From assembly GCA_963771355.1 (NCBI GenBank), contig CAVYTA010000006.1, forward strand, positions 1,472,001 to 1,536,000: a stretch of 64,000 nt of DNA, given 5' to 3'. Within the stretch, counting starts at the first letter, position 1; each line of letters begins with the position of its first letter. The notes under the pieces are model-generated. The model was not told the DNA's origin, searched no databases, and was given only the letters and a program-made list of their open reading frames with translations. This DNA comes from an uncultured Candidatus Rokubacteria bacterium (GTDB lineage: Bacteria > Methylomirabilota > Methylomirabilia > Rokubacteriales > CSP1-6). Both the position numbers and the translations under genes were made by a program. Below, piece after piece: positions 56,572 through 64,000 of this stretch.

Positions 56572-57354
56572 TCAGGGGCGCCGCAGCCGGTCCATGAGAC
56601 GTTCGCGCAACGGGCGCACGTCGGATGGCAGCCGGTGCCGCCACCGGGCGGCGAAGCGGGTAAGGGCGGCCCGGCGCTCGGCGAGGTCCTGGGCGGGCGG
56701 GCGCGGGGCTCCCTGCCCGGTGCGGGTGCCGCCGCCCCGGTGAAGGAAAGGCGCGCGCACCACCACGCAACGTTGCCCGGCCTCCCGCACCGCGAACGAC
56801 AGCTCGCGGTCGTAGCCGTGGAAGAAGCCGTAGCCCTCGTCGAAGCCGCCGACCTGCGCGAGCAGGGCACGGCGGAGGAAGAGGCACACGCCGTCCACCG
56901 CCGCCACCTCGGTGACGGGCGCGGGCGGCGGCGGCGCGCCCTCCAGGCTCGACACGATGGTGCGCCCCACGTACCGTCCGTCGCCGCGGAGACGCCGCGC
57001 GCCGTAGAGACCGGCCAGCCCCACGCCGTCGCCGTCCACCACCGCGTCGCGGAGCCGCGCTAGCCACTCCCCATCGCGGAGCTCGGTGTCGTTGTGGAGG
57101 AAGCAGAGGAACTCGCCGCCGGCGAGCCGCGCTCCCGCGTTGAGCGCGCGGATGAGGCCCACGTTCTCCGCGCTCCGCTCGTAGCGCAGCGGGTAGGCCA
57201 GGGGGAAGCGGCGGAAATACGCCTCGGTCCCGTCGCTGGAGGCGTTGTCCACCACGCAGAGCTCGAAGGGGACGGTGGTGGCGCGGAGGCTCTCGAGGCA
57301 GGCGCGGGTGAGCGAGAGCTGGTTGTACACCACCAACACGACACTCAGGAGCAC
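56572..57354 (-). CDS. Glycosyltransferase family 2
   Basis: VVDNASSDGT, FLHNDT and GGFDEGY motifs. Confidence 0.85.
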   Translation of the reverse strand: MLLSVVLVVYNQLSLTRACLESLRATTVPFELCVVDNASSDGTEAYFRRFPLAYPLRYERSAENVGLIRALNAGARLAGGEFLCFLHNDTELRDGEWLARLRDAVVDGDGVGLAGLYGARRLRGDGRYVGRTIVSSLEGAPPPPAPVTEVAAVDGVCLFLRRALLAQVGGFDEGYGFFHGYDRELSFAVREAGQRCVVVRAPFLHRGGGTRTGQGAPRPPAQDLAERRAALTRFAARWRHRLPSDVRPLRERLMDRLRRP

Positions 57355-57399
57355 GGCGGTGCCTCCGTGCCCGGCCGCGCCGGGGGCGGCGTCCCGCCC

Positions 57400-58554
57400 C
57401 TACCGGTTCGCCAGCGGGACGTACTTCAGGTCGAGGGCGCCGGTGTACTCGCCCCGCGGCCGGATCAGCCGGTTGTTCCCGTGCTGCTCGAGCACGTGGG
57501 CGGCCCAGCCCGCCACGCGGCTCATGGCGAAGATGGGCGTGAACTGGTCGGTGGGGATCCCCATGGAGGCGTAGGCGGCGCCGGAGAAGAGATCGACGTT
57601 GGGGAAGATGTGCTTCTCGGCGGACACCACGCGCGCGACCGTCTCCAGGATCTCCAGCTTGGCGGTGCTGCCGGCCTGGCGGCCCAGCTCCAGCGCGAGC
57701 CGGCGGAGATGCTTGGCCCGCGGGTCCTCCACACGGTAAACGCGGTGGCCGAAGCCCATGATCCGCATCTTGTCCGCGATGGCCTTGCGGATCCAGGCCT
57801 CCGCCTTGGCGGGATCCTTGATCTTCTCGACCATGAGCATCACCTGCTCGTTGGCGCCGCCGTGCAGCGGCCCCTTCAACGCGCCGATGCCGGACACCAC
57901 CGCGGAGTGGACGTCGGACAGCGTGGCGGCGGTGACGCGGGCGGCGAAGGTGGAGGCGTTGAACTCGTGGTCGGCGTGGAGGATGAGGGCGACGTCGAAG
58001 GTCTTGGTGGCCAGCTCGGTGGGCTTCTTTCCGCTCAGCATGTAGAGGAAGTTGGCGGCCAGCGAGAGCTTCGGGTTCGGGGCCACCGCGGCCTTGCCGC
58101 GTCGGATGCGCTCCCACGCCGCCACCAGGGTCGGAATCTGCGCCACCAATCGCATGGATTTCCTCAACGTCGCGTCGTGCGAGTTGTCGGCGGCGTCGGG
58201 ATCGAAGGCGGACAGGGCGGAGACGCCGGTGCGCAGCACCTCCATCGGGGTGGTCTTCTTCGGGAGCTGGCGGAGCATGGCGAGCAGCTTGGGGGGAAGC
58301 CGGCGATTCGCGGTGGCGGACAGCGTCTTGAGGTTCGCCTCCAGCTCCTTGCGATTCGGCAGCCGGCCGTGGAAGAGCAGGAACACCGTCTCCTCGAAGT
58401 TCGAGTGCGCCACCAGATCGTCCACGTCATAGCCGCGGTAGACCAGCCGGCCCTTGTGTCCGTCGATGAAGCAGATCTCCGTCGTGGAGACGACGACGTC
58501 CTCGAGCCCGGCCTTCATGGGCGGTGCTCCCGCTGCGGCTCCGGCGTTTGTCAT
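57400..58554 (-). CDS. Citrate (or 2-methylcitrate) synthase
   Basis: GRLVYRGY, HADHEFNASTF, GPLHGGANE, MGFGHRVY and PNVD motifs. Confidence 0.93.
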   Translation of the reverse strand: MTNAGAAAGAPPMKAGLEDVVVSTTEICFIDGHKGRLVYRGYDVDDLVAHSNFEETVFLLFHGRLPNRKELEANLKTLSATANRRLPPKLLAMLRQLPKKTTPMEVLRTGVSALSAFDPDAADNSHDATLRKSMRLVAQIPTLVAAWERIRRGKAAVAPNPKLSLAANFLYMLSGKKPTELATKTFDVALILHADHEFNASTFAARVTAATLSDVHSAVVSGIGALKGPLHGGANEQVMLMVEKIKDPAKAEAWIRKAIADKMRIMGFGHRVYRVEDPRAKHLRRLALELGRQAGSTAKLEILETVARVVSAEKHIFPNVDLFSGAAYASMGIPTDQFTPIFAMSRVAGWAAHVLEQHGNNRLIRPRGEYTGALDLKYVPLANR

Positions 58555-58671
58555 GGCTCCCTCGGCACTCCTTTGGACGGTGAATGGGGCGGATCGAAAC
58601 CGCCTTCTTGTACCATAGGGTAGGAAGCACTTCAACCCTGCCCCGGGCCCGTGGGCGGGTAGAGTAATGCG

Positions 58672-59505
58672 GTGACCGAGCTCGACCCCGGCGTCATCGA
58701 TTTCTACGACCGCCATCCCATCAGCGCGCCCCAGGTGCTCGACGCGCTTCGTCGCCAGGGCAAGGTTGGGGGCCGCCTGGCGCCCGACGACCTCTACGCG
58801 CTCGACCAGGACCACTACGGCGGCCTCGCGGCAGTGGAGGCCCTCGCGCGCCGCGCCGGCATCGGACCCGGCCGGCGCGTCCTCGACGTGTGCGCGGGGC
58901 TCGCCGGTCCCGCGCGATTCCTCGCCGCCCGCTTCGGCGCGCGCGTCACCGCCCTGGATCTCAATGCGGGGCGGTGCGCGGGCGGCGCGCGGCTGAGCCG
59001 GCTGGTGGGGCTCGAGACCCAGGTGCGGCCCGTCCGCGGCGACGCGCAGGCCCTGCCCTTTCGCGACGGTGCCTTCGACGCCGCCATCAGTCAGGAGGGC
59101 CTGCTCCACATCCCTGACAAGGGGGCGGTGCTGGGCGAGTGCGCGCGCGTGCTGGCCCCCGCGGGTCGCCTGGCCTTCAGCGACTGGATCGCGACCTCCC
59201 GGCTGGGCGACGGCGAGCGGCGGCGGCTCACCGTCTGGATGGCGGCGGTGAACGTCCAGAGCATCACGGGGTATGGCGCGCTCCTCGCGCGCGCCGGCTT
59301 CGCGGGAATCGAGGCGGAAGATCTTTCCGGGGAGTGGATCGGCATCCTGCGCGAGCGCTTCGCCATGTACCGTCGCCTGCGCGCCGACACGGTGGCGCGA
59401 CTGGGAGAGGCCCGCTACGAGGAGTACTGTCAGCTCTACGGCTTCTTCGTGGGGCTGGTGGAGGCGGGCAAGCTGGGCGGCGCGCGCTTCAGCGCGAGAG
59501 CTGTC
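58672..59505 (+). CDS. Class I SAM methyltransferase (sarcosine/dimethylglycine N-methyltransferase-like); stop codon missing, 3' end approximate
   Basis: LDQDHYGG, LDVCAGLAGPAR and LPFRDGAFD motifs; recognisable homology ends near GKLGGARF. Confidence 0.8.
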
Positions 59506-61071
59506 GAGGAGCTGCTTGACCGCGTCGCGCCCGCCCACCGTGGCGCCGGTAGGTACCGCCACCAGCTTCCCGCCCACCGCGCCCGTCACCCGCGCCTTGA
59601 TCTGATTGCGGCCCTGGGTCAAGGTCACCGCCATCTCGGTACGGCCGTCGGCCAGAGCGTAGCTGCCCGAGGCGGCCGCGGTCAAACCCCGGCCCTGATA
59701 GTCGAGATCGTTGCTCGTAACCACCCCGTTGACGATGCGGAAGGTCGCGGTCACCGAGTCGAAATCCAGCGGACGCAGGGGAGCGCCCAGCTTCCCGGAG
59801 TCGGCCAGCGCGCCGATCACACCCGCCACGTTCAGGAGACCGCGCAGGAGGCCGAGCGCCTCACGCCCGACCACGCGGCCCCGGCCGAGGCGCAGCCGGC
59901 CGGCGCCGTTGAGGGTCCGTGTCGGCTCGCCCGCCTGGAGGGTGAAATCTCCGGTGAGGTCGAGCGGGCCCGTCGCCGCGAAGCCCGAGCACAGATAGTC
60001 CACGAGGATGGGGCCCAGCTCCACTCCCTTGACCTCGACCTCCTTGAACGTCACCGGTCGCGTCGCGCCGGTGAGCGCGGTGGACAGGCGCGCCGACACG
60101 CGGCCGCCCGCCGCCTGGGCGGTGAGCGGCGCGCTGTCGAGCTGGCTCAGCTTGAAGGCGACGGGCACGCGGACACCCTCCAGACTCAGCCGCCGGTCCA
60201 CCGGCGGAGGGCACTGGGGACGGCGCTCGCTGAGCGTGAGCCGAGAGGTGGTGAGCTCGCCCTGCGCGAACGGCTGGGTCAGCGTGCCGCCGAGCCGGAG
60301 CCGGCCCGCGACGGAGCCGGCCACGCCGGGCGACGCGAGGAAGGGGCGGGCCAGCGGACCCACGTCGGGAGCGTCGAGGTCCACCACGCCCCGGAGGGGC
60401 GCCTCGCCGAGGGGGCGGCCGGCTCCGAGAGCCAGCGTGGCGTCGCTCAGCTTGAGACGCACCCCGCCCGGCGCCAGCTGCGCGGTGCCCGCGAGGGTCA
60501 GGGTCTCGCCCGACGGTCGCACGGTGACGTCCACCCCCTCGAGGCGCAGGTCGGTGGCCGAGGGTCCCCGGCGCACGTAGTGGATCACGCCGTCCTTGAT
60601 GCGCACCTGGGCGAGGACCGCGGCGGCGCCGGCGGCGGGGGCGGCGGCGCCGGGGGCCCGCGGGGCGGGGCGCGCGCCGGACGTCGACGCGCCGAGACTC
60701 GCGATGTTGAGCCGTCCGCCGTCCTCGATCACCTCGAGCCGCAGCTTCTCGAGGGTGAGGTCCGACAGCTCCACGCGGCCGGTGAAGAGCGGGCGCAGCT
60801 TGATGCCGACGCGGCCCTCCGCGACGGTGAGAAATGGCTGGGTACCGAAGCGCGGGTCCTCGGCGACCTCGAATCCCTTCAGCCGCACCGAGGGCGTGGG
60901 AAACGCGCTGACCGAGAACGAGGCGAAGCGCACCGGCCGGCCCAGTACCTGGCTGGCGGCCTGCGCGATATAGGCCTGGACACGGGGGGCGTCGACCAGC
61001 CAGGGCAGCGCGAGCAGCGCGGCCAGCACCAGCGCGACCAGGCCCGCCACCGCGACGATCAGCCACTTCAG
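59500..61071 (-). CDS. AsmA family protein (probable CTG start; stop missing, 3' end approximate)
   Basis: N-terminal TM (M)KWLIVAVAGLV..LPWLVD..LGRPV; beta-rich body; C-terminal FDSVTATFRIVNGVV. Confidence 0.75.
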
Positions 61072-61151
61072 CGGCGCAGGTCCTTCTTGTCGCCCGTCGA
61101 GCGGTCGGCCACGTGACGCGCCGACCGCTCGAGCAGGGAGACCACGTTCAT
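61068..61151 (-). pseudogene. 27-codon ORF, possible collapsed remnant of an acyl-CoA ligase
   Basis: MNVVSLLERSARH resembles a ligase N-terminus and STGDKKDLRR* a ligase C-terminus; contains a 13-bp inverted repeat. Confidence 0.35.
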
Positions 61152-61167
61152 GCGGATCCGAGCGGCG

Positions 61168-62136
61168 CTACGGGATCAGGAGGACCTTGCCCGTCGTCTT
61201 GCGGCCCTCCAGCGCGCGGTGCGCGTCGGCGGCCTTCTCGAGCGGGAAGGTCGTCTCCACCCGTAGATTGAGCTTCCCGTCCCGGATCCAGCCCAGCACG
61301 TCGCCGGAGCGCTGGAGGAGCTCCTCCCGGCTGGCGATGTGGTGGTTGAGGCTGGGCCGCGTCACGAAAAGCGAGCCGCCCGCGTTGAGCCGCTGGAGGT
61401 CGAGCGGCCCCACCGGCCCGCTGGCCGCGCCGTACAGCGCCATGACCCCGCGCGGCCGCAGCGAGTTGAGGCCCTTGTCGAAGGTCGTCGCGCCCACGCC
61501 GTCGTAGATCACGTCCACCCCGCGGCCGCCGGTGATGCGCTTCACCTCGGCCTCGAAATCCTGTGTGGAGTAGAGGATGACGTGATCCGCGCCCGCCTTC
61601 TTGGCGAGGGCGGCCTTCTCCTCGGTGGACACGGTGCCGATGACGGTGGCTCCGAACATCTTCGCCATCTGGGTGAGGAGGAGGCCCATGCCGCCGGCGG
61701 CGGCGTGGACGAGCGCGGTGTCCCCCTTCTTCAGGGGATAGGTCGAGCGCGTGAGGTAGTGCGCGGTCATGCCCTGGAGCATGGCGGCGGCCCCGTCGCG
61801 GAAGGTCAGCTTGTCCGGCAGCTTGACCAGCCGATCGGCAGGCGCCACGTTCACCTGCGCGTAGGAGCCGGGAATGCCGGTATACGCGACGCGATCGCCG
61901 GGCTTGAGGTCGGTGACGCCCGACCCCACCGCGGTCACCGTCCCCGCGGCCTCGAGCCCGGGGGTGAGCGGCAGCGGCGCCTTGTAGGTGCCGCTCCGGA
62001 AATAGACGTCGATGAAGTTGAGCCCGGCGGCCTCGATCTTCACCACCGCCTGCCCCGCTCCCGCGGTGGGCTCGGCGATCTCTTCCAGCTTCATCACCTC
62101 GGGACCGCCCGGTGCATGGACGCGAATCGCCTTCAT
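61168..62136 (-). CDS. qor: NADPH:quinone oxidoreductase
   Basis: GLNFIDVYFR, LQGMTAHYL, HAAAGGMG, YDGVG and TTGKVLL motifs. Confidence 0.92.
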   Translation of the reverse strand: MKAIRVHAPGGPEVMKLEEIAEPTAGAGQAVVKIEAAGLNFIDVYFRSGTYKAPLPLTPGLEAAGTVTAVGSGVTDLKPGDRVAYTGIPGSYAQVNVAPADRLVKLPDKLTFRDGAAAMLQGMTAHYLTRSTYPLKKGDTALVHAAAGGMGLLLTQMAKMFGATVIGTVSTEEKAALAKKAGADHVILYSTQDFEAEVKRITGGRGVDVIYDGVGATTFDKGLNSLRPRGVMALYGAASGPVGPLDLQRLNAGGSLFVTRPSLNHHIASREELLQRSGDVLGWIRDGKLNLRVETTFPLEKAADAHRALEGRKTTGKVLLIP

Positions 62137-62189
62137 GGGGATCGTCTCCTGATTGGAAGGGGGTGACGGGGCCGCGCCTGGTGAGAGGC

Positions 62190-62693
62190 CTAAACCTTGA
62201 GGAGCCCGCGGATCTCCTTCACCACGCCGCTCCGCCAGTCCAGGTAGCGCTCGGCGCGGAGGGCGCGACGGGTCTCCAGCATCTTCTTCTCGATCTCCTC
62301 GGTCTGGACGGGCGGGCGCTCGATGAAGCGCGCCACCTCGTTCATGTTGTCGTCGAAGAAGGCGAAGACGGGAATGGAGCGGTACATGCCCTGGTTGAGG
62401 TACTGGTCCATCAGCTCCTTGTTCTTGTCGCGGAGGAAGATGCGCATCTCGACGTTGGGGTTGCCCTCCACCATCTTGGCCAGCACCGGCACGTTGTAGA
62501 GCGCGTCCCCGCACCAGTCTTCGGTGATCACGAGCACATTCAGCTTCTTGCCGTACTTGTCGAGCGCCTGCTTGTCGGCGGGGTCGATCTTGACGGTGTC
62601 GAGGAACTCGACGAACTTGTCCTTGTTCGTCCCCATCTGCGCGAGGTACTGGTCGATCGTCATGCCCTGCTTGAACTGCTCCTTGGTGACCAT
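62190..62693 (-). CDS. Thioredoxin-fold protein (WCGD)
   Basis: ITEDWCGD and RSIPVF motifs. Confidence 0.85.
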   Translation of the reverse strand: MVTKEQFKQGMTIDQYLAQMGTNKDKFVEFLDTVKIDPADKQALDKYGKKLNVLVITEDWCGDALYNVPVLAKMVEGNPNVEMRIFLRDKNKELMDQYLNQGMYRSIPVFAFFDDNMNEVARFIERPPVQTEEIEKKMLETRRALRAERYLDWRSGVVKEIRGLLKV

Positions 62694-62710
62694 GAGGCTC
62701 CTCCCCGCTC

Positions 62711-63289
62711 TCAGCGCATGGCCGAGAGGTCAACGGTGAACGTCGAGACTTCCTTCTCGTCGGGATTGCGCACCACCAGCGTGAAGCGGCCCTTGCCGTT
62801 GAGCCCGGCGGCGGGAAACACGTAGAGGCAGCGCGCGGCGTAGCCGCCGTCCTCGGCCCGGAGTGCGGTGCGCTCGTTCTGGACGAAGGACGGCTTGATC
62901 TCGGTCTTGCCGTCGAGGAGCATCGGCGCGTAGAAGCGGGCGAAGTCGGGGCTGCCGCCCTTCAGCGTCACCCACACCGTGAGCTTGCCCCCGGTCTCCT
63001 TGACCGCGGTGTCGATCTCCTTGGGCTTGAGCGGCTCGCCCTTGAAGGCGGCGTTCCGGGCCGCGAGAGCCAGGCGATGGAAGGGCGTCATCACGCTGAG
63101 CGTCTCGCCGGAGGCGTTGCGGGCCCGCCACTCCCCGCCGAAATCCTCGCTCACCACGCTGCGCCGGCCGACGGCGATGGCGTCCTGCCGCTCGCGGTCC
63201 CCGAGGGTGAAGGACGCGGCGGCAGCGGGCTGGCCGATGGTGGGCCAGAGGATGATGCCGAGGGCGAGGAGGATGGCGTAGCGACGCAT
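62711..63289 (-). CDS. Exported hypothetical protein
   Basis: Signal peptide MRRYAILLALG..AAA; codon usage consistent with coding. Confidence 0.75.
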   Translation of the reverse strand: MRRYAILLALGIILWPTIGQPAAAASFTLGDRERQDAIAVGRRSVVSEDFGGEWRARNASGETLSVMTPFHRLALAARNAAFKGEPLKPKEIDTAVKETGGKLTVWVTLKGGSPDFARFYAPMLLDGKTEIKPSFVQNERTALRAEDGGYAARCLYVFPAAGLNGKGRFTLVVRNPDEKEVSTFTVDLSAMR

Positions 63290-63351
63290 GGCTCTACTCA
63301 GGGAGGCACATTGTAGCACGCCGCCGCGGGGCCTCCCCGGACCCCGCCGGG

Positions 63352-64000
63352 CTAGTCCGTCTGCACGCGCGACGGCAGCGCCGCCAGCACCGCCCGCGCC
63401 TCGCGCACGATCTCGCGCACCACCTCGCCGGCGCCGGGGAGATCGTGGATGAGGCCGACGCTCTGCCCCGCGTGCATGGCGTAGTACTCGCCGGTTTCCT
63501 GGCTCAGGGAAGCGGCGTAGACGTCCATCGCCGCGCGCGCCTGGACGAGCGCGGGCAGCACCGGCGCCCCCGACGCCGCGTATTCCGCGTTGAATCGGTT
63601 CACCAGGGTCCGCGCGTAGAGGCCGGTGAACACGTCGGTGACGGTGGTGGTGTCGCTGCCCCGTTCCAGGAGCGCCTTCTTCCAGAACTCCGGGGCGCTG
63701 GACTCGCGCGTGGCGACGAAGCGCGTGCCGAGGAGCACGCCGGACGCGCCCAGCGCGAGCGCCGCCACCAGGCCGCGGCCGTCGGCGATGCCGCCCGCCG
63801 CGATCACCGGCATCCCCACCGCCTCCGCGACCTGCGGCACCAGGGCCATGGTGCCGATGCCGGCCGCCTCGCGATTCTCCCGCTTCACCCACGTGGAGCG
63901 GTGGCCGCCCGCCTCGCTGCCCTGCGCCACCACCACGTCCACGCCCGCGGCGGCCACCTCCCGCGCGTCGTCCACGGTGGCGACCATGGCGATGACCTTG
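63352..64000 (-). CDS. Nitronate monooxygenase/2-nitropropane dioxygenase family (5' partial)
   Basis: AQGSEAGGH, VIAAGGIADG, GTRFVAT and AGQSVG motifs. Confidence 0.9.
   Translation of the reverse strand, partial: KVIAMVATVDDAREVAAAGVDVVVAQGSEAGGHRSTWVKRENREAAGIGTMALVPQVAEAVGMPVIAAGGIADGRGLVAALALGASGVLLGTRFVATRESSAPEFWKKALLERGSDTTTVTDVFTGLYARTLVNRFNAEYAASGAPVLPALVQARAAMDVYAASLSQETGEYYAMHAGQSVGLIHDLPGAGEVVREIVREARAVLAALPSRVQTD

Noticed and set aside
57400..61050. 1216-aa AsmA-citrate synthase fusion ORF
   Set aside because: It crosses the antisense strand of a methyltransferase, and citrate synthase has its own start at 58554; a lost stop explains it

Overview
High-GC, gene-dense bacterial chromosome segment. 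Gene content and style suggest Candidatus Rokubacteria/Methylomirabilota, which is an inference only. About 65 CDS of mostly catabolic and housekeeping type: metal homeostasis, acyl-CoA enzymes, hydantoinase/carbamoylase, lexA, DAHP synthase, dapF and citrate synthase. The main structure is a ~15 kb island (14840-29940) at the 3' end of tRNA-Gly(CCC), bounded by an 18-bp direct repeat. It carries a decayed tyrosine integrase, several gene fragments including a pentameric ligand-gated ion channel pseudogene, and a largely intact, atypical periplasmic nitrate reductase operon (napD-napA-tetraheme napB-tetraheme cytochrome c-nrfC-like-nrfD-like) with no napC or napGH. Other notable items: a sigma54/enhancer-associated PEP-CTERM-like micro-protein with almost no passenger domain, a membrane protein with two AmoC/PmoC-like Asp-His-His motifs, a candidate new LexA operator, a TatA/B fused to an Ada-like Zn domain, a Ser/Ser DapF and several apparently leaderless genes. 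Many single-base frameshifts suggest assembly or polishing errors, so pseudogene calls based on frameshifts are provisional. All product calls come from motif recognition by eye; no database searches were run.
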